Positions 39,110 through 52,267 of a stretch of DNA of 61,768 nucleotides are shown here, piece after piece. The notes under the pieces are model-generated. The model was not told where the DNA came from, ran no database searches, and saw only the letters and a list, made by a program, of their open reading frames with translations. Numbering within the stretch: the first letter of the stretch is position 1; each line of letters begins with the position of its first letter. A program made the position numbers and the translations under genes. The stretch lies in the NCBI RefSeq assembly GCF_006345805.1, contig NW_021832410.1, positions 1 to 61,768 of the forward strand, in the 5' to 3' direction. Source of the stretch: Octopus sinensis. Taxonomy: Eukaryota.

Positions 39110-39620
39110 CCATTTGAGTGAAGTGAACTGTCTTGGAGCAATTGTTCTCTATAGTGGTTCTATCAGCCAAGCCTGCAGTTTTACAGACATCAATTACCAT
39201 GAATTATTTTAATGATAGGGAATTATCACACGCTGATGATGCAGCAGGCCAACGGCAAAGTCTTAATGTGATTTACAAGTCGACTGAACATGCAATTTTA
39301 TGGCGTAAACGTTCAAGCTCTTTATAATAAATCTACAGACACTCGGTGATCAAGATAAAGAAGAACGACAGGAATTGCTATCCCAACCTCACAGTCAGTG
39401 TGTGACTGGGAGGTAGATATGAGTAATGATGCATCTTTTCAACTGTACATCACTAAGATGGCTGTGATGTGCGATAAGGATTATGGGATGGATTCTGAGA
39501 CTATGAGTAGGAAACCATACTGTTTGTGTTAAAAAAGGAAAACAAATTGTTTCCAGCCGTCTGGACTATTGCTCATAAATATGACCTCCACGCAGAATTG
39601 GACTGGCCATATCAGACCTG
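39110..39620 (+). pseudogene. LINE reverse transcriptase remnant, catalytic and C-terminal motifs
   Basis: TVLEQLF (GTVLGPLLF-like); HADD at 39229-39240 (YADD); VDMSNDASFQLYITKM, MGWILR and SRLDYCS. Many stops and frameshifts. Confidence 0.75.
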
Positions 39621-39761
39621 AATAGTTTACATTTTTATGACCAAAACCAGCCAGATCTGGTCTCTCACACCTCCCCTACAATGTCACTCTAGAAATAATC
39701 ACATCAAAATTTTGAAGTTACGTGGCGATTCGTGATTAAAATAAAACAATAACACAGTCGT

Positions 39762-39927
39762 AGAAGTGGTTGTGTGGTAAGTAACTTGTTTACCAATCAC
39801 ATGGTTCCGGGTTCAGTCCCACTCCGTGGCATCTTGGGCAAGTGTATTCTACTATAGCCTCAGGCCGACCAAAGCCTTGTGAGTGGATTTGGTAGACGGA
39901 AACTGAAAGAAGCCTTTCGTATACATG

Positions 39928-39984
<57 letters not shown>

Positions 39985-40188
39985 CTGTGTTTGTCCCCTC
40001 AATATCGCTTGACAACCGATGCTGGTGTGTTTATGCCCCCGTAACTTAGCGGCTCGACAAAAAAGACCGATAGAATAAGTACAAGGCTTACAAAGAATAA
40101 GTCCTGGGGTCGATTTGCTCGACTAAAGGCGGTGCTCCAGCATGGCCACAGTCAAATGACTGAAACAAGTAAAAGAGAGTAAAGAGTA
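39762..40188 (+). mobile_element. SINE family A, full length
   Basis: Head, central TA/TG tract, tail ending in aagag(t) repeats. Confidence 0.9.
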
Positions 40189-40405
40189 ATGAGAATTATT
40201 AAGCATTGTAGAGCAAAATGAATGCTAAAGGTTTATATTAAGAGTAGAACTATAAGCGATCCAACATTTCTGTTTGAAGTACTTAGTTCAAAGCAATTTG
40301 ATAGGTTTCAATGGCTACAAGCTAGATATATATCTGGGATTTATGTGTGGTCGAGAATTGAGATATTTTCTATGGCCTAAAAGCTCATGGTTGTGTTAGT
40401 CGTTA

Positions 40406-40500
40406 CCGTAAATCCTCGAGTATAATACGCAGGGGATTTTTAGGGGGCTGTACCTCTGAAAAACCTAAACCTTGTGTATAATACGCACCCCGTCTCTAAC
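40406..40500. mobile_element. Single terminal repeat of a pogo/Tc2-like DNA transposon or MITE
   Basis: ta|ccgtaaatcctcgagtataatacgca with a subterminal repeat gtataatacgcaccc; CCGTA start after TA. I did not find the partner end in the window. Confidence 0.5.
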
Positions 40501-41089
40501 TTGAGTCAAGGAGGTCTATATAACGTCCTTGGTTTATAAAAATGTATACAGTAACGTCCTTTATTATTATTATATATATAACATAATGCAAGCGTGTACC
40601 TTATTTTGCATTTTGTTTGCAGAAAATCAAGAAATAACAGTAATAACGTTTAATAAATGTTGCCAACTGCAAGTTATGGATGATTTAAGGTATTTTCATG
40701 CCCGACATCACAAAATGCGTCTGAATAAACATTTCCGGACAGCAAATAGAGCTAGAAGATCGGATTTCCTCTGATGTCTTATGAACATCTCAATCATAAG
40801 CTTTGTTAGGAGACTGGAATAGCATCTTAAAGGCGTAAAGGAATTTTATGTAAATAACTGACATGGTAGGGTTGTGCAAAAAGCCTTGCAAGTTTGTCCA
40901 GATAGTTCCAATTCTCTGACAGGTGTTGCTTGGATATCCCTAATATATCAACGTGAATTTGGACAAGCCAAAACAAGTCATCCAAATCGGACTGAGTGTT
41001 TATTAAGATTAAAAAACGTAAGATCCTTGGACGTTTTGTCTTTAGTCCAAAGCCTCGTGGGTCCAGTTTCATGCTGTGTAAATGATTAA

Positions 41090-41272
41090 AATCACAAAAT
41101 TCTCTCCGAATGAGATGGCAAACCATCTCAGGTTTATTCACCTGCAAGGACTGGAGTGACACGAAATGAAGTGTTTCGCTCAACAACTCAACGCAGCACC
41201 CGATCTGAGAATCAAAACCGTGACCTTGCAATTGTGAGTCCATCACCTTAACCACTGGGCCACGGGCCTTCA
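41090..41272 (-). mobile_element. tRNA-head SINE with CORE-like body (family B)
   Basis: Reverse complement gtgaaggcccgtggcccagtggttaagg...gattctcaga...gttgagcgaaacacttcatt; A-box TGGCCCAGTGG. Related + copy at ~28755-28900. Confidence 0.7.
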
Positions 41273-42349
41273 CTCGTTAAGACAGACATAGTTTTGGGGA
41301 ACTCTATCCCTCTCCTAACACAGTTTCGTGTACTTGACTACACAGACTCCACATCTTGTGATCTGGAGACAGGGTACTTGAAGCTGAGCGCATTTTCTTA
41401 GCAGAGAAAGCTTTCCAGGACCAAATTAACGAATTAGTTAAGTGGGAATTAACTAGATCACGCTGAAAATGTAAATTATACCATAATCTGTTCGTTTACG
41501 CAAAGATATTGTAACAGAGAAGCGAAGTCCAGAGGAAGAATTAACCAATTGATTTGAAGAACAAAACAGAAAAGGAATAGAATACGAAATGCATGTCGTG
41601 AGGAGGACTCTTTATCATTTCCTTGACACAAAACACGCAGATACATTATTCTTGTTTTGATGAATAGCTTACTCTGAAATACAAGGGCGAGAATGCTGTT
41701 TGGTTGAGTCCAGGTAGAGGGCATGTGCAAGACCTATAACGAAATAAATCCGAAGTGGGGCAAAGCTCAAAGCAACCTAACGAAAACCAGACACAGGGAT
41801 AGAACTCTTAACCAAATGAAAACCATACATGACCCTAAATGATCACATGAAAATTTCATAGGAAATTTCAAATGATAAACCAAAGGAGACAAACTATGAA
41901 CTTGGTGTAATTAGTAGATTGTTAGAAACATCAACGATAAAGTTAAACAAGCCACTAATCTATGACAACGAAATGAGGGCAATGATGGACTCATTTTGAT
42001 TTATAAAAAGGTCTTAATTGCGTTTGGAATGTGAAAAAAGTTTTATAAACTTGAATGTTTGTTTATAAAAATGATTCAATTGATGGCAGCATAAATAGTT
42101 GAGAGATGTAATCTAGTCACAATATATATTCTAAATATACTAAAAACAAAACTCAAAACTTTATCTTAGGCACGAGATTGGACAGGAGTGACAGAACTGA
42201 AGTCTCGTAATACGCAATGACAGGTAAATATCAGAAAGAGTTGTCATTTTTTTCAAAGAGGACCTTTATATTAGCCGTCATCAAAGTAAGCATAATTAAC
42301 TTCCCAGGTCTATAAATCGATAAATATCGAAAAGATATAGAAAGCTGAA

Positions 42350-43080
42350 CGAGATCGTGTAAATAAAGATTCTAATCATCCTCCCAATATATTAAAGTAT
42401 TTAGTTAGTTATGGAGAACACGGATATTAAACAACCTTCAATAAAACGACTAAATTGTTTTACATCATTGTTTGTAATAAATGAAGGACGTCAGTTTATT
42501 GCCCAATAACGAACAGCAAAAAAGAGAAAGAAAAACAGAAAATAAGCGAAGGAAAAAACATCTGATTTAACCCGTTCATCAGCTAAAATTACAGTATAAT
42601 TAATTTCAAAACAAAAAAATAAAGCGTTCGTAATTTGTCATAAATAGAAACAAATTGTTTTAGAAAGACGTCTGTTACATAATAATGAATAAACTTCGAG
42701 ACTAGCCTCAGCAAAAACTAGGAAGCTAATTGTAACTGCTCTGCAAACGATGTATCTCCAATTATGAGAAACATGTGAAAGGAAACGAATGAAAAATATC
42801 AGGCGAGCAGTACAGCAACAACGACACCTTACATCGGTATGAGCGAAGGCAGATTAAAAGACTGTTTGAAAGGAATATCAAAGCTATAACCAGAAAGAAG
42901 AGCTTAACTTTGAAAGAAGTCGTACGGGTCACTTCTATGTCAGCTGGTCAATCATTGGGCACGAAGTCCTCTTGATAAATGTAGTAAAACAATGCTAATT
43001 GTGTATTGCAGATATATACAATATACTAATCAAATAAACACAAAATGCCGTTATGAAAACAAAGCCACCCTAACAAATTA
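42350..43080 (+). pseudogene. Old Penelope-like element remnant (RT C-terminus + GIY-YIG)
   Basis: VNKDSNHPPNILK (42359-42397), I*FNPF, CNC, PYIGMSEGRLK (~42827-42860), C*LCI and KCRYENK (43043-43063), in the expected order; very decayed. Confidence 0.65.
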
Positions 43081-43233
43081 CAACAGCGAAATAGATCCTG
43101 AATGATCTAGGAATAACTGGAGGTTTGCAACATGTCGTCTCATGGGTTTAAATAAGTAAGATAATTTAAATTCGTTTCGTGCCCGGTATTTACGTTTTCA
43201 AAATGGCCTTTATTTGAGAACGGTATTCTAACA

Positions 43234-43652
43234 TAGGCGCAGGTGTGGCTTTGTGGTAAGAAGTCTACTTCCCAACCAAATGGTTCCAGGTTCATTCCCA
43301 CTGCGTGAAACCTTGAGCAAGTGTCTTCTACTATAGCCTCGAGCCGACTAAGGCATTGTTAGTGGATTTGGTAGACGGAAACTGAAAGAAGCCCGTCGTG
43401 TGTGTGTATGTACTTGTATATATATATATCTATATATATATATACACATATACATATACAAACATACATACATACATACAAACATATATATATGGAGTGG
43501 CTGTATGGTAAGTAGATTGCTAACCAATCACATGGTTCCGGGTTCAGTCCCACTGCGTGGCATCTCGGGCAAGTGTCTTCTGCTATAGCCCCGGGCTGAC
43601 CAATGTCTTGTGAGTGGATTTGGTAGACGGAAACTGAAAGAAGCCTGTCGTA

Positions 43653-43730
<78 letters not shown>

Positions 43731-43960
43731 TGTGTGTGTGTGTTGTGTGTGTGTGTGTGTGTTTGTGTGTCTGTGTTTGTCCCCCTAGCATTGCTTGACA
43801 ACCGATGCTGGTGTGTTTATGTCCCCGTCACCTAGCGGTTCGGCAAAACAGACCGATAGAATAAGTACTGGGCTTACAAAGAATAAGTCCCGGGGTCGAT
43901 TTGCTCGACTAAAGGTGGTGCTCCAGCATGGCTGCAGTCAAATGACTGAAACAAGTAGAA
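43234..43960 (+). mobile_element. Two tandem SINE family A units (head only 43234-43400; full copy 43494-43960)
   Basis: Two successive tRNA-like heads, each followed by a microsatellite; one 3' module. Confidence 0.88.
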
Positions 43961-44064
43961 AAAAAATATATATGTGTGTGTGTGTGTGTGTGTGAAAAGT
44001 AAAAACAAAGAAAATGCACATCAGGCATAAAAGTAATGGCTTTTTGTAAAATAAAAACGAAGAT

Positions 44065-45268
44065 ATATACATACAAATAAATTATTTGAGGTGAAATTAA
44101 GAATTATAAAAAATCATTATTATGAGTCATTATAGAAAGCCATACCGGTTTCATCAGAGCTGATCACTGACTTTGAATGAACACCGATTTCCAAACGCTG
44201 TTAGGTCTGATAGTAACTGAGTGAAAAGATTACATGCAAGGGAGGTAAGTAGTTCTGAAGGTGATGCAATTAAGGTAGATATTATTACTCGAATATGAAT
44301 GGTATATGGGATGTATGAGGATTAGCGGGATTGTTGGTATTAGTGAGGTTAGTAGTGTCGTGTATTAAGTTGTGTGTTCATGTTAAGTTGTGGTTGATAT
44401 TAACGAAAGTTGCCTTTTTATTTAATCTTTGTTGTCTGGGAACATTGATGAAAAGTGAAAATTATGAAGCTTGGTTTAAGGTTCCTAGCACCTCTATCTA
44501 TGTGCTCACTGACCTGTATCTGTCTATATTGTGGGAAGCGGATTTGGTCTTTGTGAAGTGTTGCTCTTTGTTTGAGGGATTTGTGTGTTTGGGTTATATA
44601 GTGGTTTCCGCAACATAAGCAGGTAATAACATAGATTAAGTTTTTAGAGGCACAAGTAAAATTTGACTTTATCTTAAATATTTCATCTTATCTCAAGTAA
44701 AATTCTGTAAGATTCAAAAAGTGGGTCTTGTGCCACAGTTATGCCGCCCACATATATAGTCGAAAATTGTGTCTCATAGAAGCACGTCATAACTACAACA
44801 GCGAAGATGACTCAATAGGGAAAAACAAAAGAGAATACAGTCCTGCTAAAGGCAGAAATAAAGCACTTGATGGCTTTAGGGAACACACTACCAATTTTCC
44901 ATTTAATGCCCTATAAAAACAACGAATTAATTCCAACCTCAACACAAATGAATGGAAAAACCTAATCGAGTTAAAAAACGATATAAACCTGACCATTAAA
45001 GAAGCCGATAAGGATGTGCGGTAGTAGTGATGGATACAGAGTACTATAAAAATTTAATACTCTCCATGCTGGAAAGCAATACTTACTATGAGAAGATAAA
45101 GTACTATAACCCACAAAAGACAGTTAAAAACTTATCCTCCTTACTTAAAATGCATGGAAAGGACAGTGATCAGCTCTGATGAAACCGGTAGGGCTTTCTA
45201 TAATGACTCATAATAATGATTTTTTATACTTCTTAATTCCACCTCAAATCATTTATTTGTATGTATAT
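44065..45268. mobile_element. Penelope-like retroelement derivative with 105-bp inverted terminal repeats
   Basis: Arms 44065-44169 and 45164-45268, 4 mismatches in 105. Minus strand ~44620-44380 encodes a GIY-YIG-type C-terminus (HYITQTHKSLKQRATLHKDQIRFPQYRQIQVSEHID). Plus strand ~44640-45160 encodes the PLE pre-RT region (SRKLCLIE..., GRNKALD, LKNDINLTIKEADK/AVVVMDTEYY). Confidence 0.85.
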
Positions 45269-45609
45269 CCAATTTTAAATACAAACCAAATCGTCAATTC
45301 ACTTATACTGTTCGTAATACTTGGAACGATGAATCATTCCTTGCTGCCCATTTTTATTTTGATTTTCATTTCAAATTTTAGCTTCTCTTTCCCGAGAATC
45401 ATAAAATTTTTCCTATCTGCGAAGCTTTTTGTTTGCAAAGGTCGTGAGAGTAGAGAGAAAACTGAGCTAATCGATTCTTATGCCAAGCTGGAGGTGAATA
45501 AAAGCGTGGAAAATGTCACTGGAATATAATCTTTATAAATGAATCGAAAATTTATTCTAAGAAAAAATGTAGGTGCTAGTTTAGCTTTATACGTAACCTT
45601 TTTTTAAAT

Positions 45610-46088
<479 letters not shown>

Positions 46089-46570
46089 GAATATTTAACA
46101 ACCTTGAATATTTAAAATTAAATTTTAAAGCATTGGCATAACTAAATGGCTGAACTTATAGTTTTGATCACAAAGAGGTAAACTTTGCCGGTAGCTTCTT
46201 TCGATAAGAAACCTCTGGGGACACATGATTGAATTCGGCTCTTAAGAAGGGTTCAAGAATACTCTCCATGGGTTAAATCTTTTAAAAGAGCAGGTATGCC
46301 TGTGTGATAAGGAGTATACTTCCCCACCACATGGCTCTGTCCGTCTGCGTGGTACCTTGTGCAGGCGTCTTCTGCTAAAGCCTTGAGCTGACCAAAGCGT
46401 TGTGAGTGGATTTGCTGTACGTTGACTGCCAGTCTACATGCTAGAAGGTAAGCAGTGAAAAACTTGCTTTATTCTGTCTTTCTCTCTCTCTCTCTCTTTA
46501 CTTCTCTTTTCGTTTGTTTGTCTATTTTTCTGCTGGTTCCTTCTCGAAGAGATTAATAGAACACTCTTAA

Positions 46571-46789
46571 CCCTTTCATTACTATATTTCTGTTGAGATA
46601 CTCTGTGTCTCTTTCAATTAATTTTAAATATAACCAGGAATTATTAAAATAATGTAGACATCATTAAGCTAATGTTAGGAACAAATTGTGACTAAGATTT
46701 GGTGGAAGATTTTAATTCAGATCTTTTGAAAACAAGACATTTGTATTACAGTGCCAGAGGCGGTTTCAGGCGGGTTGGTATCAAAAGGG
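46571..46789. mobile_element. piggyBac-type MITE
   Basis: TTAA 46567-46570 | ccctttcattacta ... tggtatcaaaaggg | TTAA 46790-46793; 219 bp, no ORF. Confidence 0.85.
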
Positions 46790-47011
46790 TTAATTGCAAC
46801 GACTGAACGCAGCCACAGGTAAAACAATATGCTTCTCGATGGTCACCTCGTTCTTCCAGGACTCCCTCAAAATGAACGAGAAAGTAATTAAACCATTGTT
46901 TTTCTTTCGATTCCCGCTCAGCAAACAGGGACTCTACCTACCTGAATAATATCGATTGTTTACAATTCGTACTAAAAAGCGAAAGAATGAGAACTACAGA
47001 AAAATATGACG

Positions 47012-47062
<51 letters not shown>

Positions 47063-47189
47063 TGAGTCTGTGTATGACTGAGTATGTATGTGTGTGTTGT
47101 AGTTACGTATGAAGTAGTTCAGACAAGTTCTATAAATTAAAGTTAACAGTAAACATAATTATTTGTAAACAGTAATTTCCCTTTGTTTA

Positions 47190-47760
47190 ACGGTCATTTT
47201 TCAGAGCATTTTTTCGATGGCCGGATAACTGAAGAGAAGGCGGTGTGGGTTTCCGCCCCGAAATCCGAAACTTAGAGTTTAGTCATGGCTACCGAATAAT
47301 TGTCACATATATTCACAGATGAATTCCTCTATTTACATAATATCGAGATCTCTTTCATTCTTTTGTTGTCTTACCATTTCTATATATATATAGGGAGAGT
47401 TTACGAAAAATCAAAAGACGAAGTCAGGTGATGTACAAAACAAACAGATGTATTAGTATAACGCTCAGGAATAGAAAAAGTCTTTTACGTTTCGAACCTA
47501 CGCTCTTCTACAGAAAGGGACACAGAAAAAAAACAAGGAGAGAAAAAGTATGTGTGTAGTGGCTAACGATCTATCATGGTGATATGTATATACAAGTTTT
47601 TTCTTTCCCTCTCTCTTTATTTTCTCGTATTCCTATCTGTTGAAGAGCGTCAGCTCAAAATGTAAAAGGCCTTTTCACATTCCCGAGCGTCAAACTAATA
47701 CACTTGCTTCTTGTTCATACACAACTATTCGTCTTTGGTTTTTCTATAAATTTCAACTAT
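47190..47760. mobile_element. Cluster of PLE pseudo-LTR-like repeats with hammerhead-like cores
   Basis: CTGAAGA-GGCGG/CCGCC-GAAA at 47229-47263 (+). CTGTAGA-AGAGC gtag GTTC-GAAAC...GCGTT at ~47444-47525 (-). CTGTTGA-AGAGC gtca GCTC-AAAAT...GCGTC at ~47636-47692 (+). The last two are diverged copies of the 21360 repeat. Confidence 0.55.
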
Positions 47761-48051
47761 AACATATATATTTATATATAATGTTACATCAGAATAATTA
47801 GATTAGAAGATAAAACGGAATATATTGTTATGAAAATCATAAAAGTATTTATTCTTGGTTTATTTACCATCAGAATAACTGATGGAAGAAAATGATATCA
47901 AAACATTTATTTACGGTTTTAAAATGGATTTATTTTGTGAAATATAAAATTTCATAACAACGACAAACAAGAAGTTGCGTTTTCTTTTTTCACTGACAAC
48001 CATGGCAATATTGATAATAATAATAATAATAATAATAACAATAATAATAAC

Positions 48052-48123
<72 letters not shown>

Positions 48124-48139
48124 AATAATAATAATAATA

Positions 48140-48171
<32 letters not shown>

Positions 48172-48211
48172 AATAATAATAATAATAATAATAATAATAT
48201 AATAATAATAA

Positions 48212-48242
<31 letters not shown>

Positions 48243-48243
<1 letters not shown>

Positions 48244-48730
48244 GGAAGTGTTATCATGTACATTGTTCTGTCTTGGTATAAAAGATGGGCTACAGCAAAT
48301 ATTCTGCTCAATACCACAGATTTGCTTGTCAGTTGTTTGACCTTAACCAGTTGCCCATGTCCCTTAGTGGCTGGCGATATGTGCATCTCTGATCACGAGC
48401 AGAAGTAGTGGGGGAGCATCATAACCGTGTGTTGAGAGGGATACTTTGGAGTTTGAATAATTTACCTCTGGAAACATGGGTGTTTCGTTCAGGGCCTTTT
48501 TGATCGGGATGGGTTACTCGATCAGAAAAAAATTCTAACTGGGCCCCACCTGCAAGGTCATGTGCTGTTTATCTTGATATGAGATCACCATGTCGCGCAC
48601 ATATGGTTGTGATGCATGTGCCTAGTGTACCCTTATCAGACGGGTAGTCATGATCGGTATACTAGACTTCGTATATTTTACCCCAGTGTCACTTTGATGG
48701 CATGGACTGCTCTCTCACTCAATAACAACA
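48243..48730 (-). repeat. Repeat family E copy
   Basis: Reverse complement of 37650-38170; also bounded by (AAT)/(AAC) tracts. Confidence 0.85.
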
Positions 48731-48911
48731 ACAACAACAATAATAATAATAATCCTTTGTAGTATAGGCACAAAGCGTGAAATTTGGGGCGGAGGAGATT
48801 AGCCGATTACATCGATCCCCAGTACTTTACTGGTACTTACTTTATCGACCCCAAAAGGATGAAAGGCAAAATCGACCTTAATGCTCAAATGGTACTATAT
48901 GTGTAAACTGG

Positions 48912-48956
<45 letters not shown>

Positions 48957-49475
48957 AGAACTTTTTCCTTTCCCGAAGGCTAAACAGCTAACGAATTAGA
49001 ATGAAACACGAAATTATATTTTTGACCAATGAAATATCTCCTGGTCTTCTATTTGCCCTCCTAATCTTTAGATTTCGTAGAAGAAGGTTCAATTTACCAT
49101 ATTTAACAGGAACTGCTTGTGTTACGGCGTGTTGATGATTCCCAAGAAGATCGAAATAGTGCCATTCGTGATTGCTGAGATTGCAAGAATGGAAGTAAAT
49201 TAAAGATTTAATTTTGTATAAAAAGGAATAATTAAAATATCTCTTAATTAAGAATTTAATATTACACAATCTTCAAACTTGTGTAAAAAGAGATCCTCTT
49301 CTTTTCGGTGAGATATTTCCCACCAAGGACAAACCATGAGTATGTGTGTGTATTGATATATATATACACACACACACAGATATATACATGCAAACACATG
49401 CATGTGCATATGTACACACACTCACTACATAGATACATATATACATATACATATATATATATGTATGATGCAGGA

Positions 49476-49556
<81 letters not shown>

Positions 49557-49578
49557 CACACATATATATATGTTCGTG

Positions 49579-49618
<40 letters not shown>

Positions 49619-49975
49619 CGCACACACATATATATAGTATGTGTGTGTTTGCATGCGTGCGTGCATTCTATGCAAATGTCAAACCGTGTTCTCTGAATGT
49701 AAACATAATTATCAATCTTAATTCGATACTCGTTATATGTATATTATCGTAATTATCCTAATTAACACATAATGTTAATGAAAATATCATTGACGGAGAG
49801 ACTTGTTGCGAATGTACTCATTCACAGAATATATAGATATAGATATGTATGTGTGTATGTACGAATGTATGTGTGGATGTATGCATGCATATATGTTTTA
49901 TATGTATATATATATATATATGTGTGTGTGTGTAATGCATATATATGTGTGCGTGTATGTATGCATATATATATG

Positions 49976-50007
<32 letters not shown>

Positions 50008-51196
50008 CTTTCCCCTTACATTACCACGTGTAGTTTCTATTTTCTTTTTGTAACATATTTCTATTATATATATATATATATAACCCATGGTGGGTTGAAT
50101 TTTCAACCCCTATCTCATTTTATAATATATATATATATATATATTCTATCTATCTAATCTATCTATCTAAATACACACACACACACACTCACACATCCTA
50201 ACTGCTCTTGTTGATCCAAAAAGTAAGTATTACTTCATTAACGGGAGGCGGTGGGCGAGAGAGAGGGGGAGGTAACAGGAAATGGAATTAAAGAGGTGGA
50301 TGGTGAAAACGAGGGAGAGGCAGAGAATGGGGAATGCAAAGAGAGAGAGGGAGAGAGAGAGAGAGAGAGAGCGGGAGAGAAACGTGGAGGTAGAGTGAGG
50401 GGAAGAGTGGAAAAAATGAGAGGGAAAGGAAGAGTAGGAACTTTGATGTGGGGAGAGTGACCTAAAAATGCCTTTTATCTTTAATGAATTTCTGTTGTTT
50501 TGCAAGCCCCTTTTTCATCTGTGACTCATGCAAGGGATATAGAATCATATTCATATTGTTGTTGTTGTGACTCCCCAGTTCTATTTCTAATAGAGCAGTG
50601 CAATGATTGTGATTATCATTTGCTGATGAGAACAGAATAATACCGAAACTTGTTTGGAGTTGTCTTCCTTTGTGGCTGGGAATATAAAGACGCTATAATA
50701 GTCTCCTGGTATGACTTTAAATAACATTCGGAAGTGGGTCCCTGGCTTTCGGTATCATTGTTGTCAGGTCTACTCTGACCCGGTATAGTAGCTCATGTCA
50801 GGTTCTCGTTACGGGTTAACTAGCATGCTGTGGAAGAAATTCCAAGTACTAACTCTCATTGCTTTGTGAGTACTTTGGGAATGGCACAAGAAAGAAAAGG
50901 GATAGGGTGAAAAAAAATAGGGTTTCTGGAGAAAAGGACCTGAGTTGATATAACTGTCGGGTACGTAACAAGAGAAAGGTAAAGTTGAAGCACATGAATG
51001 CAATATGAGGGTGTGTGTATTTATGCACCAGACATCCATATGAAGGAAAAGTATGAAAGGCAAAGTCGACCTCGGCAGAATTTGAACACAAAACGTAAAG
51101 ACAGACGAAATGACTCAAAGTATTTTGCCCGACATGCTAAAGTTTCTGCCAGCTCACCGCCTTTCTGCTCTACTACACTCTGTCGGAACCTTTAAA

Positions 51197-51391
51197 CGTG
51201 TCACCCGTTTCTCATCCCTGGCTCATCATTTCTCTGTTGAGCTTCCTATTAGTCATAAGTCCATTTATTATAATAGCTTCTTTCCTTGAACTGCTGCTCT
51301 CTGGAACTCATTATCATCGTCTTGTTTTCCTCTGTTCTGTGGTATTCAGTCCTTTAAGATTTCATTCAATCGGCTTCTTTCGAATTTGTAA
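51197..51391 (+). pseudogene. LINE (CR1/L2-group) ORF2 C-terminal remnant, a different family from 30328
   Basis: RVTRFSSLAHHFSVELPISHKSIYYNSFFP*TAALWNSLSSSCFPLFCGIQSFKISFNRLL matches the SFFPRTxxLWNSLP...FK..VNR C-terminal signature; one internal stop. Confidence 0.7.
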
Positions 51392-51454
51392 AACCCATTC
51401 TTTTCTTCTTTATGGTCCCTTACACAACAGTAACCTCAAACCTTGTTTGGAATA

Positions 51455-51760
51455 ACATCAACCCTTTAACGGCGGAATTAAATTTCATGTTATTCCAGTA
51501 ACAACATTTAGATATTTGCCAATATATAGAAACTGTATTTTCTTTAAATCACGTTGTCTCCACAAACTCGATATATCTGAAGAAAAAATAGTTTCAAACA
51601 TGACATAGAATTGGTGTTTTCTGCAAGTCAAATTGTCTTAACAAAAAAATACTTACAAACATGATATTCCTCAACAAAAGAAAGCTTGATGTATAAAACT
51701 GCTCTCGACAGTTAAGGATAATGAAATTATGAATGAATCAGGCACGTGCCGTCAGTAATT
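51455..51760. mobile_element. Degenerate relative of the 52268-52518 MITE
   Basis: Starts tcaaccctt. Shares tttcatgttattcca, catgatattcctcaacaaaa and tataaaact blocks with the 52268 copy; right end eroded. Confidence 0.5.
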
Positions 51761-52267
51761 ACTCAGGGCGACCTTTATGTAGTAGAACATATAAAAAATA
51801 AGCGAAACACAGGCGCGCGACTGAGTTGAAGGCAGATCTATTTCTGCCTTTATAGAACGTAAAGTAAACGTTGTTGTAGAAATGTACGCAGCTTGTGTAC
51901 CACAGCAGTAGAATGCGTGGCTTAAATACTGAGATTGATAAGCTGAGGCGAATTGTGCCTACCTAATCAATAAAAAAAATAACAGATTGTGTATTTTATG
52001 CATAGTAATCAGAGTAACCATCATAATTTTATTGAATTAGGTGCATATTTTGCAAAGAGAGGAAAATGTTACTACCAATCTATTATTTTCAAGGTAGGCG
52101 CTGCCTGCCTTGCCTACCTAAGCGGCACGTCCCAGGACAGACTATATCTGATTTCTGCAATAAAAGGCTTACCCTGTTGAAACACAAAACACATTTTTGA
52201 GTCATGGTTGCTTAGTTTGCGAGAAATGCCAACCAAATCTCACTCGAGTCATACATTAGTGGCTTAA

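Noticed and set aside
40827-41080. Minus-strand HVDILGISK resembling a LINE endonuclease motif
   Set aside because: A single short motif with no neighbouring endonuclease motifs; the ORF start lies in a SINE.
49070-49200. Plus-strand exon-like segment with two candidate acceptors
   Set aside because: Only one acceptor/frame combination is open, the donor (GAA|gtaaat) is weak, and the peptide is unrecognisable.
50615-50670. CTGATGA...GAAAC...GTC hammerhead-like order
   Set aside because: Helix II has only the closing G-C pair and helix I does not form; at most a decayed pLTR.
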